NCBI GenBank assembly: GCA_964016885.1 | Contig: OZ024763.1 | Coordinates: 15,872,001-15,936,000, forward strand | Source of the DNA: Eledone cirrhosa | Lineage: Eukaryota | DNA: 64,000 bases | Reading direction: 5' to 3' | In this document: positions 40,027 through 53,110 of the stretch, piece by piece | Layout: each line of letters begins with the position of its first letter | Numbering within the stretch: the stretch's first letter is position 1 | The notes under the pieces: generated by a model | Databases searched by the model: none | Told to the model about the DNA's origin: nothing | What the model saw: only the letters and a program-made list of their open reading frames with translations | Position numbers and translations under genes: made by a program

Positions 40027-40947
40027 CAAACTCGTTCACTGTTTCAAAAACAAACTTACTTTTAGAATAATAATAAAAAAAATAAGACTGTTCAAATTGA
40101 TTTGAAACACTTTTTGTTTTGTGTTATTCGTGTTCATTAAATTTATTTTTCATTGACTTGAGACTAGCATTTTTTTATACATTTAATGTGAGTTGACAGA
40201 ATATACCGTATTTGACGGCATATAAGACGCACCTCAATTTGGCAGCAGCGAAGTTCTTAGTGTGAGTAGGTTATGCCTGGAAGGAAGGTTGGCTGGTAAG
40301 AGAGGCAGAGGCCGGCAGCCAAAACGATGGCTTGACAATGTCAATTTATGGACTGGACTTGATCTTTGAACTCTGCTGTTGGTGATCGAACTTTGTGGAG
40401 AGAGATATCACATGTTGATGTGCAGTCTGCAACTGGTGGAGTTTAGAAGAAGTTCTTATCATCATTGGCGGCTCACCATACTGAGGTGTCAGGTTATTTC
40501 AGCCCCTTAGCCTCGCCATCACCCGTGTTGGCTTGCCTCAAAGTATGTAGTTAACCCTAAGGTGTGAGGTGCGGCCGATTGTTGCACTTTCTTTTTGTTT
40601 TTATAGTTACGATTAACCATTTTATGTAAGTATTCATTGTTGTATAAAAAAGAACTATAATATAATTGTTTCTACTTTTGGCACAAGGCCAGCAATTACC
40701 CAGTGCATTACTGGTACTTTATTTTATCGACCCCGTAAGGATGAAAAGCAAAGTTAACCTCGGCGGGATTTGAACACTATAATATAATGCTTACAGAACG
40801 AAAGCACTCTGCGACACCAGACCTCTTGCCCCCCCCCTTCCTTTTCTATATTTCCATATTCTTTCTTTCCTTTTATTTCCCCTGTTTTTAAATTTTTTTT
40901 TACTAAATTTTATTTTAAAAATAAACATCTATGTGTAGAAGGTAATA

Positions 40948-41182
40948 TATATATTTATTAAAATAACAGATTAAAGTTTAAGCAAAGAATCGCTGCTTTC
41001 ACCCTTAACGAGATCTTCTGAAACACTTTCAGAAGATCCTGTTAAGGGTGAAAGCATCGATTCTTTGCTTAAACTTTAATCTGTTATTTTAATAAATATT
41101 TGCCCTACCATTCTTATATATTTGATATATATTTATCCTTATCGAGCCCTCTTTGGATTTTAGTCTTCAAATTTATTATTAT
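40948..41182 (+). mobile_element. fold-back element family H
   Basis: Arms centred ~41024, each with CAGAAGA..GAAA-gca..tgc-TT; relatives at 29352-29535 and 35278-35600. Confidence 0.7.
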
Positions 41183-41228
41183 TTTTATAATGTGTACTTA
41201 GCAAACCTCCTACTCTCTGCCTCCCTGC

Positions 41229-43119
41229 GTGTACTTAGCACGCAGGGAGGCAGAGAGTAGGAGGTTTGCCAATGTTCTGCGACGGGAAGATCAGAGGCGT
41301 GCGGTGTTCCACATTGCAAGGCAGTGTGTCAATGCAAATCAGGATGTTGTTGGAGATAAATGTGTCCGGGATGATGCCGGTGTACTTAGTGTCACGAATG
41401 ATCAGAAAAAGGAGGCCTGGAAATGTCATTATGAGAGACTGATGAATGTGGAGAACGAATGGGAGAGAGAGAAATTACCCTTGGTGGATCTGACAGAGGG
41501 ACCACCTATTGAGATTGACGAATATAGGGTCCAAGAGGCGATTAGGGAAATGAAAAATGGTAAGGCTGCCGGACCATCGGGAAAAGTTGCTGAGATGCTG
41601 AAGGCATCAAGGGACGTAGGCACTAAACTGGTTGCACGCATCATCAATCAGGCTATATATGGTGGTGTCATACCCAAAGACTGGTGCAGCAGTATTCTCA
41701 TAAATTGCTACAAAGGTAAAGGGGATGCTTTGGAGAGGAGCAATTATAGGGGTATAAAACTGATAGATCAGGTTATGAAAGTGGCAGAAAGGATTTTAGC
41801 ACAACTAATTAGAGAAAGGGTCAAACAAGATGAGATGCAGTTTGGTTTTGTGCCTGGGAAGAGTACAACAGATGCCCTCTTCTTGGTGAGACAAATGCAA
41901 AAGAGGTTCTTAGAGAAGAATAAGCCACTACACTTAGCCTTTGTTGACCTAGGGAAGGCCTTTGATAGGGTACCCCGATCTGTCATCTGGTGGTCCCTAA
42001 GGAAGCTAGGTGTTGAGGAATGGCTTGTGAGGACAGTGCAAACTTTGTACAGAGGTACTCTCAGTAAAGTCAGGGTAGGAATGGAGTTTAGTGAGGAATT
42101 CCAGATACAAGTAGGAGTACATCAGGGTTCGGTCCTCAGCCCGCTCTTGTTCATTATAGTCCTCCAAGCCATAACAGAGGAGTTTAAGACTGGCTGTCCA
42201 TGGGAACTTCTCTATGCTGACGATCTGGTTCTTATAGCAGAATCAGTAGAGGAGCTAGAGAATAAATTCTGGCTATGGAAACAGTAGTTGGAAGCAAGTG
42301 GACTGAGAGTGAACCTAGCTAAGACAAAAGTGTTGATGAGTAGAAAAGAGGACAAAACCCTGATTCCGTGAGGGAAATGGCCATGTTCGATATGCAGAAA
42401 AGGAACTGGCATAAATTCTATAAAATGCACACAATGCAGATCCTGGGTACATAAGAGATGTAGCGGGATAGCAGGCAAACTAACAGGTAGAGAGAAATAT
42501 GTATGCAGTAGATGTACAGGGAAATTAGACAGTAGAAGTCGCATTGATAGACACATTTTTCAAATGCAGGAGGGCGCTATAGAAGTGGTGGATAGCTTCC
42601 GGTACCTAGGAGATCAGATTAGCATGGGAGGAGGGTGTTCCGAGGCCATAGTATCTAGAATAAGGACGGGTTGGAAGAAGTTTAGGGAGCTGCTTCCTCT
42701 GTTGACGAAGAAGGGTTTCTCCCTGCGTACGAAAGGCCGGTTGTATGATGCCTGTGTGAGGAGCGCGATGCTGCATGGTAGTGAGACATGGGCAGCAACT
42801 GCAGAGGATATGCGACGGCTGGAGAGAAATGAGGCAAGCATGCTCTGTTGGATGTGCAGTGTAAATGTGCGTGAACGACCCAATGATGCGCATGGAGGAT
42901 GACCGATGGGTGAAGAAGTGCCAGGAATTGCCAGTTGAAGGAAGACGTGGTAGAGGTAGACCACGAAAAACATGGGCGGAGGTGGTGAGAACAGACCTCA
43001 GATCATTGAAGCTCACGGTGGAGATGACGAAGGACCGTGACGAGTGGAGAGATGCTGTGCTGAATAAGACCCGTCCCACCCTTGCAAGTAGGGAAAAGTG
43101 GACGTAAAATGATGATGAT
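41229..43119 (+). pseudogene. 5'-truncated RTE-clade LINE (reverse transcriptase) with embedded PHD-type finger
   Basis: MKNGKAAGPSG, NYRGIKL, QFGFVPGKSTTDA, FVDLGKAFDRV, GVHQGSVLSPLLF, LYADDL, FRYLGD, LHGSETW, GRGRPRKTW; in-frame stops at ~42285 and ~42368, a deletion near 42880, and a (GAT)n tail. Confidence 0.92.
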
Positions 43120-45439
43120 ATAAAAGGTAAACAGAAATAACAACACAATCGGTACAGTATATATATGGAAGTGATATATTAGGTTAACTCTTGAAATAGC
43201 AGGAAGAGGGTCTTAACGTTGTTTCGGACACTAGTCCTTCATCAGAAGAAAGAATGAGAAATAAGAAAGATTGAAGGCACGAGCTGGTTGGAATTGGAAA
43301 AAACGTCTTTAGATAAAAATAACAGGTCCATTCATGATGACATATATATATATAATTACATCAGTGACATAAACAGGTACTCAAGTTTCGTTGGGTTCTG
43401 GGCCCCAATTCATTCAGCCTGTCATGAGAAAAATAATATATATATATATATATAAAGAAAAGGGAAAAGAGAGAGAAAAGAAAAAAAAGAAGAAAACAGC
43501 AAAGAAGAGGTTAGAACACACATCTAGGACCACATACAAGAAAATGCAGGCGAAAGGGGTGGACAACCGAGCCGTTTCCAGATTAAAAGATAACAGTATC
43601 GCGAGGAGCACTGGGAAACCTCTCTAATAATTTTTGAGGCAAGCCAGCATGCTCGCGGCGTTACCTCAAGTGATGGCGAGGCTGAAGTGCTGGAACAACC
43701 AAGCGTCCTCACGTGAAATCCACTACAACAGCCACCCTCACATCACAGTCGCTCCTTCCTTAAACAGACTGCTGTCTTTCCAATTTTACAGAGCAAATCA
43801 GCAGTGCAGGGACCAAAGATGCCAGACATCTCGACAGGGACCAAGGACACCAGAGATCTCAGCAGAGAACGGTACGAAGAGGAAGCAGTCGGTCAGGCCC
43901 TGGTATTTGACTATCTTCCTCTCCTCTGTAGTAATGTGGGGACCAAGAACACAAAATCTTATGAAAGAAAAACAAAAAAAAACACCAGATATACTAAAGT
44001 TATGTTAGCTTTATTTATTTTTAAAAATTTTATTTCATTGTATTTTTTCTTCTTTGTTAAAAAGTAATATAACACAATTAATTGACATAAATTTCTGGAC
44101 ATCACAATATTAAAATGATAGACATACATTGCAGTGTAAAGGTTAAACTCCTTATCAGTCGAACTGACAGGGAGGGCAAGGTCACCCCCTCCCCATTAGA
44201 ATATCTTTATTTTTGTAACTTTATACATTTATGGTTTTGTAAGCATTTGGTTTAGTTTATTTTTTGCTCCTTCTGTTATATATATACACATATATATCTA
44301 TCTATATATATAAATGCATATATATACATATATATGTATGAATATTATATATATATATATGTGTGTGTATATATATGTAGCATAATATTACATGTTTAGA
44401 ATATACATATGACAGTGGACACAATTAGAAAAGGCATAAACATCACATATTCCCATTTCCCTGTAACAATGATTTATAATTCAAGCACAATCTGTGGGGA
44501 GGCAAAAGCCAATTATATTGACCTCAGTATACCACTGGTACTTTATTTCATTGATCTTAAGATTAAGGCCTTCTTCGATCAAGGCTGACCATGGGTAGTA
44601 TATCCTGTTGTCAGCTCAGCTGGAGCAGCATCTCTGGTGGCTAAACAGACCTATACGTGAGTGACAGTCTCTGTCACATTGAACACATCTCTATATGGTC
44701 TCTGGTCTGTTGGATTTATTGCACCCCTTTCATCGAGCTCTCCTGCCCACTGCTGCAGTCAACCTCTCCTCCCCTGATTTGAGACATTGGGCCCCTCAAC
44801 CCTCGCTAGTCCCTACTGTGTTGTGTCGGTGACACAACAAAGGTGCCCAGTCCACACTGTAATAAAGAACATCCAGATCAAGTGATCATGTAGGTGTCAT
44901 GACAAAAAGTACCCAGCACACGCTGTCAATGTGGTTGGCGTTAGGAAGGACATCAGCCGTACAAAAACCAGCCAGAAGCTCTCCTATATGAGCGAGACAC
45001 GGTCACCCGACCCAACTTGCCTCTAATTAGGACAAACCTGTCTAACCCACGCTAGCATGGAAGATAGACGTTAATGCAGGGTGTTCCTCCATCTTGGTCA
45101 GTCAGCCGCGAGGCCCTCTCAAGACTCTGTGTTGACCTCAATGGCCTTCATATTTCTCTTCACAACGCCCTTGTATCGCAGCTGAGGTCGACTGGTGGCT
45201 CTCTTTCCAGAGGCCAGCTCCCTACATGTCTTTTGGGATGCAACCATCATTCATGGAGAGATGAAAAGCAAAGTGCCCTTAGATCTCTGCTGAATTTGCC
45301 ACCGTTTCTTTTACATCATTACAGAAAAAAGTCAATCAGTTGCCCTCCATAAAACATACCACATGGCCCCCAAATCCTAGCAGGTTTTGAGCTTGAGTAT
45401 GCAAAAGGGATGATACTAAATACATTTTCAGAATATTTA

Positions 45440-46320
45440 ATTATGCACAGCAGAGGCTTTCAGCTTTTCATGTGGCCAGCATAGGCTTTCTGGCCACTCA
45501 CGTAGCCATCACATGCTTTCTGTCATTCATGTAGCACAGCAGGGGCTTTCAGGTTTTCGTGTAGTCAGTGTAGGATTTCTGACCCTCATGTAGCTATAAT
45601 GGGCTTCCTGTCTCTCATGTAGCACAGGAGCTTTCAGATTTTTATGTAGCCAACACAGGCTTTCTGCCTTTCATGTAGCCAGTAGGGGCTTTCTGTCTCT
45701 CATGTGGCACAGAGAGGGGATTCCTGCCACTCATGTAGCTATCATGGGCTTTCTATCACTCATGTAGCTATCATGGGCTTTCTGTCACTCATGTAGCTAT
45801 CATGGGCTTTCTGTCACTCATGTAGCTATCATGGGCTTTCTGTCACTCATGTAGCTATCATGGGCTTTCTATCACTCATGTAGCTATCATGGGCTTTCTA
45901 TCACTCATGTAGCTATCATGGGCTTTCTGTCACTCATGTAGCTATCATGGGCTTTCTGTCACTCATGTAGCTATCATGGGCTTTCTGTCACTCATGTAGC
46001 TATCATGGGCTTTCTATCACTCATGTAGCTATCATGGGCTTTCTATCACTCATGTAGCTATCATGGGCTTTCTGTCACTCATGTAGCTATCATGGGCTTT
46101 CTGTCACTCATGTAGCTATCATGGGCTTTCTATCACTCATGTAGCTATCATGGGCTTTCTGTCATTCATGTAGCTAAAATGGGCTTTCTGTCACTCATGT
46201 AGCTATCATGGGCTTTCTATCATTCATGTAGCTAAAATGGGCTTTCTGTCACTCATGTAGCCAGTAGGGGCTTTCTGCCTTTCATGTAGCCACCAGAAGA
46301 TTTCTGGCACTCATATAGAC
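45440..46320. repeat. 29-bp minisatellite with degenerate edges
   Basis: Unit TCATGGGCTTTCTRTCACTCATGTAGCTA, homogeneous over ~45730-46260. Confidence 0.9.
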
Positions 46321-47167
46321 AGTACTGTCATAGTTGGTTCGGGAAGAGGTTGTGATGTTGACCCTTTTCTTGAAGGACACTAGGGATAGTAAACTGAGTT
46401 GAAGTGAGATGGAAGAACAGGGGTTACATTTCAATATATTGATGACAGCATTTCAAATAAGACTGGAACAAAACTTGGTGTTGACATCACATAAGCCATT
46501 CATTTTTTTTTTTTACAACAAATAAACAGATATAAATACCTACACATACACACACGCACACACACACACATATATATATGTACACATATCTAAATGCATA
46601 TACATACACACACACATATATATATATATACACACAGATATATATATATATATATACATACATATGTATAAATACATATATAGTTACAATATACACATAT
46701 ATCTAAATGCATATACATGTGCATATGCACATATATACATACATACATACGAGTCTGTATATATATATATATATACGGTTATCTAGCTACCTTTCTATAT
46801 TCATCATATCATGCTTGATAAATAATATCAACAACTATATACCACTTGATAACGTAAGGCATAGTAACATGTTATTTATAAGACAATGTGGGTTAATTTA
46901 TTGTATGGGCTACCATTGGTTCTGTGGTCTAGCTATTCAGGACTCCAAACAACAAACAAGCATTATGAGAACTATAGGAAGGGATCTTCCCTCCCCTTCC
47001 CCTAGAGGTGGAATGGTCAATGTAGTGGGTATTGCTGGCCATTCTCTGTGACAACGCCTTCGCCATCTTGCAGCCTCTGTGAGGCAAAGCTGAGATATAC
47101 CGTCTGGACTAGAGTGTAAAATCTGCCATTCCCTCCCCGCTTTCCCTAGATTCTGTTATTTAATTGG

Positions 47168-47552
47168 TGGTGGATTGGCAGAATCGGTAGATCGTCAGAC
47201 ACCTTCGAGGTTAACTTTGCCTTTCATCCTTACGGGTGTGGGGGGGGGGGGGTATCGATAAAATAAAGTACCAGTAATACACTCGGGTTGATTTAATCGA
47301 CTTTCCCCTACCCCCAAATTGCTGGCCCTGTGCCTATAGTAGAAATCATCATTATTATTATTATTATTATAATATTGGCAGTATCGGTAGAGGGTCGGAC
47401 GCCATGCTTTCCAGCATAGTTACGTCCCTTTACGATCTGAGTTCAAATCCCGCCAAGGTTGACTTTGCCTTTCATCCTTACGGGGTCGATAAAATAAAGT
47501 ACCAGTAATGTACTGGGTAATTGCTAGCCTTGTGCCTAAAGTAGAAACAATT
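47168..47552 (+). mobile_element. two Nin/Deu-like SINE copies with (ATT)n tails
   Basis: Same diagnostic boxes as 519-940. Confidence 0.8.
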
Positions 47553-47619
47553 ATTATTATAATTCTTGCAATCATTATATGAATTTAATTAGAATTTGTT
47601 AAATAAATTAATAGTAATA

Positions 47620-47970
47620 ATCAGAATACAGCAACCAACATCATGTTGAACGGAGGAAGTGAAGAAGTGGACACCTTCAAGTACCTAGGAACCACTCTCA
47701 CCAAAGATGGCAGATCTGAACAGGAGATACTGAAAACACAGACCCTGGCCACTTCTGCTATGGAAGGCTGAATGTCATAGTGAGAAACAATTCCATCAGT
47801 TTTCCAATGAAGTTCAAACTATGCAAGTCCTTGGTGACTTCGTTCCCTTTGTATGGGTGTGAGAGTTGGACTCTCACAGTTCACATGGAACGAGGAATCC
47901 AGCCATTTGAGCACAAGTGCTTCAGAAGGATGCTACACATCCCATACACTGAGAGCAAAACAAAACAGTC
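47620..47970 (+). pseudogene. RTE-like LINE fragment
   Basis: EEVDTFKYLGTTLTKDG...LYGCESWTL...FEHKCFRRML.I with frameshifts. Confidence 0.7.
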
Positions 47971-49285
47971 AAAATCTTTTTGTAGTGAGAATGTACTCCC
48001 AGGTCCGAACACAAAGGAACCAAACTTCCAGTCACTGCACCCGTCTCTCCCACTCTCACTATTATGAGCAAATGGGGGGAGGGGATGCTCTGGCCACCAC
48101 CCCGAGGGACAGAAAAATGCTTATAAATGTCAAAATATAATAATATAATAATTTAAAAAAAAAAAAGAGGGAGCGTCTAATGCGAAGGAGAGTGTAATTA
48201 ATAATTTAGCGTTAAAAAAAATATATATTGCCACGAAAAAAACCCATAAAAAATCGCGGAAGATATTTACGATTTCGCGAACAATTATTAGTCAGGTTCT
48301 AAGGAAAATTCCGTGAACATCGGGCGTACACTGTATTATGAAAAAAGTATATTTTCCAAACAACCAGTAAGAAATGTAGGTTATTTCCCTTGAATCACAA
48401 AATTTTTTTTTTCAAAGGTGAAAATATTTTGGAGTTTAAGCATAAAGGGAAGTAACTCACACCTCCTAACGACAAATTAATCACCTCAATGGTGGCTAAA
48501 GTTGCGAATAAAACATACATTTTTCAAAGTACAAGTATACCTTGGCTTACATCGTTTCGAGTTGCGCCATTTTTTAAGTTATATGGCAAAAAATAAACCT
48601 TCTGTTATGTCAACTGACTCAAATTTGTTAGTCTGCTAAAGATATTAAACCATAAAAAACATAAAATCACATTTAAACAAATGTTAAAAGACTTAAGTGT
48701 AGAATCTGTCACTCTTTCTCCTTCCTCCTTTCTTTTGTTGCCTAATAATCCTTGCTCCCCCCCTCCCTTCCTGACATTTATAGTCCTTACCAATGCTACT
48801 TTCTTTTTCTATATATTTCACTAAATATTAAACTCTAAATTATATTAGAGGTTTCCAGGGGAGGGAAGGGCATTATTTTTATTACCTTTGTCGACTTCTG
48901 GATCTAATTAATGGCGTAGGGTGAGATATAGCTGTATTTCACATAATACTCAGCGTTTGATGAGTAGAACAGAGAAACCAATGGGGCTGGATTGTACTCC
49001 TTGATAAATTCAAATATATATATATATATGTATATGTACATACACATAGGTATATATGCATGAATGTGTATGTGTGTGTGAAGTATGCTGTACTTGTATT
49101 GCTTTAGAAATTCATATATCAATATATATATATGTGTGTGTGTACATGCACATATATGCCTGCCTGTATATATATGTGTGTACATGCACATACATATATG
49201 CATGCCTGTATATATGTGTGTACATGCACATACATATATGCATGCCTGTATATATGTGTGTACATGCACATACATACATGCGTGC

Positions 49286-49331
<46 letters not shown>

Positions 49332-49445
49332 ACATGCACATATATACATGCCTGTATATATATATATATATATATATACACATGTATGTGTGTGTGTACA
49401 GACATATATATCTATACATGATACACATGTGAAATTTGAATGTGA

Positions 49446-49483
<38 letters not shown>

Positions 49484-49650
49484 GTAGAACACTAGTGGGT
49501 TATATCCGCAGTAGTAGAGCACTCAGTCCATGGGACGAGTTTGGTAGAAGTAGTTCCACAACAGTTAGTTCACCATACCGAGAACAATTGTTCACCTTAT
49601 TTAGACTGAGCTGAGGATCCGAATATTGTGAACTAACTGTTGTGAAATTA

Positions 49651-49683
<33 letters not shown>

Positions 49684-49687
<4 letters not shown>

Positions 49688-49888
49688 CAAAGGAAATGTG
49701 GTAAGGAACCAGGTGGACCATAACGCACCAAAGTACTCAATACTTAGGGTAGTAGAGTGGGTAATAGGAACGAGTAGGACCCTGACGGCTGAGCTCAAGC
49801 CGTTTCGACGGCTAATTCTGGACTAAAAATTAGTCCAGAATTAGCCGTCGAAACGGCTTGAGCTCAGCCGTCGGGGTCCTACTCGTTT
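49684..49888 (-). mobile_element. fold-back element family D
   Basis: Reverse-orientation relative of 4179-4370; GAAA-CGGC-ttgagctca-GCCG-TC is intact. Confidence 0.7.
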
Positions 49889-49920
49889 ATATATATATAT
49901 ATATATATATATCATATATA

Positions 49921-50326
49921 TAATCAAAAGTTTAACAAGGTTCATTGATCAATCAATGAATAAAGTTTTACAATAGATTAGAAGCACTCAACAAGAAGGT
50001 TTTCTGGAGTTATTAATATTACTTCAAAATATTAATAAATATAGACATTCATGTGATCAAATATGTTTTATTATACATATTTCAGAGGTACTGAGCTATT
50101 TCATCTGTACGTCCTCATCAGATAAAATAAATTATGTCTGACATACCTCAACTGTGCTGATGGTTCAATTCCAGTCTTGGCAGCACAGTTGAGGTATATC
50201 AGACATCAATTTATTTTATCTGATGAGGACGTACTGATGAAATAGCTCAGTACCTCTGAAATATGTATAATAAAATATATTTGATCACATGAATGTCTAT
50301 ATTTATTAATATTTTGAAGTAATATC
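49921..50326 (-). mobile_element. fold-back element family B with hammerheads at 50064-50129 (-) and 50212-50277 (+)
   Basis: tattttat-CTGATGA-ggacgtactga(tgaaatagc)tcagtacctct-GAAA-tatgta-TA-ataaaata. Confidence 0.8.
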
Positions 50327-50485
50327 ATATATATATATAAATCATATCATATATATATAAATCATATATACACATATATCATATAGATACATATATCATA
50401 TAGATACATATAAAATGAGTAGGAACATGATGTCAAAATATCATCATTCTGTTTATCATCATCATTGTTGTTGATCACGAAAGAG

Positions 50486-51193
50486 TTAACCCTTTAGCAT
50501 TTACATACATTACTCTATATCTACTATTGTATTTTCATAGTAAAGGTTTTATCTCACATAATATTGAATCTACAGATTTTAATATTTATTTTGAGAACAA
50601 CACCTTAACATAAGTATGAATGGCCAGTTACGACCTTGTTTGAACAGAAAGGGGTGAGAGAAATCTGGCCAGATAAAGCTGGTTTAACCCTTTAGTATTT
50701 ACATTACTCTATATATACTATTATATTTTCACAGTAAAGACTTTATCTCACATAATATCGAATCTACGAGATTTTGAGATTATTTATTTTTTGCCTTTCA
50801 TCCTTACGAGGTCGATAAAATAAAGTACCAGTAATATACTGGGTAATTGCTGGCCTTGTGCCAAAAATAGAAACAATTATTTATTTTGAGAACAACACCT
50901 TAACATAAGTATCAGTGGCTGGTTATGACCAGTTTGAACAGAAAGAGGTGAGAAAATTCTGTCTGGATATGGCTGCTTTAACCCTTTAGCATTTACATTA
51001 CTATATAACTACTATCATATTTTTACAGTAATGGCTTTACCTCACATAACATTGAATCTACGAGATTTTGCTATCATTTATTTTGAGAACAATACCTTAA
51101 CATCGTTATGAGTGACTGGTTACGGCCAGTTTGAACAGAAGGAGGTGAGAGAATCCTGGAAGGAAATGGCCAGTTCAAATGCTAAAGGGTTAA
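50486..51193 (+). mobile_element. head-to-tail trimer of a piggyBac-like MITE (middle unit has a SINE fragment, ~50789-50880)
   Basis: TTAA-CCCTTTAGCATTT at ~50486, 50684 and 50978; a single right end AAATGCTAAAGGG-TTAA at 51177-51193. Confidence 0.75.
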
Positions 51194-51269
51194 CGTTTAT
51201 TTTCTCTGCTCAGAAGGGTTGGGCATGTCGATATAGACTGGTCAGAGCTCATGTTTCTGATACATGTGG

Positions 51270-51545
51270 AAATCCGCAGTACGAGTGAGTTTCATACAAT
51301 TAATAAAACCAGTTTACATATTTCATTTGCATTCTCTTTTATTATTTTCTTATAATTGTCACTGAACCGTTTCTGTTTTAAAACCCACAATGAATGATTT
51401 GGGGGTGGTTTGGGGGGGCTGGAACGGATTATTTATATTCTAATTAATTTCAATAGGGAAATTTGATTTGTAAAACGAGTAAATCGTAAAAGGAGCTCAG
51501 CCATGGAATGAATTAAACTAAACTCGTACTGCAGGTATCAATGGA
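51270..51545. mobile_element. Tigger-like MITE
   Basis: Inverted GCAGTACGAGT / ACTCGTACTGC near the ends. Confidence 0.5.
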
Positions 51546-51696
51546 TATAGATAGATAGATCAGGATTTTCCCAGTTTTAAACTAGTAAGACCATTATTCA
51601 GTAGAGTACTCAATATTGGAGATGGTCGAGTGTAAATATATTAGAGAGACGGAGCCTGACGGCTAAGTTCTTCATGTTACAACAACTTTTATACAC

Positions 51697-51739
<43 letters not shown>

Positions 51740-52182
51740 TATATACATACACACATATATCTATATATATATACACACACAACCCCACGTATATACAACC
51801 ACACATATATATATATACACAACCAAACTGGAAGTGATCTGACTTGTCTCACAACGGGACAACCTGTCTAACCCATGCCAGCATGGAAAATGGGTGTTAA
51901 ACGGTAATGTTGATTATATATATATATATATATAAAATAAATTATTGAAGATGCATATATAGGGACCATGAAGCAAAACAGGTAACGTTTTATCTTTTTT
52001 TCGTACGTATATATATGCGCCATCATCCACTTTTCTATAAAACAAATCATACACAAAACGCCAGCACCAACAGTTTTGCAAGAGATGTCAACATGAATGG
52101 ACCTGTTATTTTTATCTAAAGACATTTTTTCCAATTCTATCCATCCCGCGCATCCCCTTAATCTATTTTATTTCTCATTCTT

Positions 52183-52218
52183 TCTTCTGATGAAGGACTA
52201 GCGTCCGAAACGTTAAGA
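52183..52218 (+). ncRNA. minimal type I hammerhead ribozyme motif (family C)
   Basis: tctt-CTGATGA-a-ggac(tagc)gtcc-GAAA-cg-TT-aaga, identical to 1331-1366. Confidence 0.75.
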
Positions 52219-52309
52219 CTCTCTTCCTGCTATTTCAAGCGTTAACCTAATATATTCCTTCCATATACTGTACCGATTGCGTTGTCATTTCTGTTTACCT
52301 TTTACATAC

Positions 52310-52341
<32 letters not shown>

Positions 52342-52757
52342 GTCACTGAACCGAGATCTTTGGCGATATGCAGTAATACAGAAGACCCACCTTCTCTTAC
52401 ATACGAACTTAAACCTAGTGTGTAGGCACCTCTTAACCCAATATACACTCCAACCCACTACCCCTACTCCATCCTCCCACACCACCCTTTCTCTGTAAAG
52501 TGGTCATGTAGGTGTCACGACAAAAAGCATCCAGTCCACGCTGTAAAGTGGTCGTGCAAGAGACACGGTAAAAAGGCTCCCAGTCCACACTGTAAACGTG
52601 GTTGGCATTAGGGAGGGCATCAAGTCGTAGAAAACCAGCCAGAAACAGTTCTATATGAGCAAGACATGGTCACAATCTTGTCACAAGTTGGACAAACCCG
52701 CCTAACCCATGCTAGCGTGGAAGATGGACGTTAAACGATGATGATATATATATATAT

Positions 52758-53050
52758 AATCATCATCATCATTTTACGTCCACTTTTCCCTGCTTGCAAG
52801 GGTGGGACGGGAACTGATTCTGGTTGGATTTCTACAGCTGGATGCCCTTCCTAACACCAACCTCATTTACAGTGAGTGCTGGGTGCTTTTTTGCCGTGGC
52901 ACCTACACAACCCCTTTGCAGTGGAATGATAGGGACCCCAGTCCCTATCATCTCATTTCTACAGCTGAGTAAACTGCTCAAGGAAACAACACATCATCCG
53001 GTCTGAGAATTGAACTCACAACCTTTCGATTGCAAGCCCAATGATCTAAC

Positions 53051-53055
<5 letters not shown>
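52758..53055 (-). mobile_element. CORE-like tRNA SINE with RTE-derived tail (internally deleted)
   Basis: Reverse copy of 63229-63576. Confidence 0.8.
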
Positions 53056-53110
<55 letters not shown>

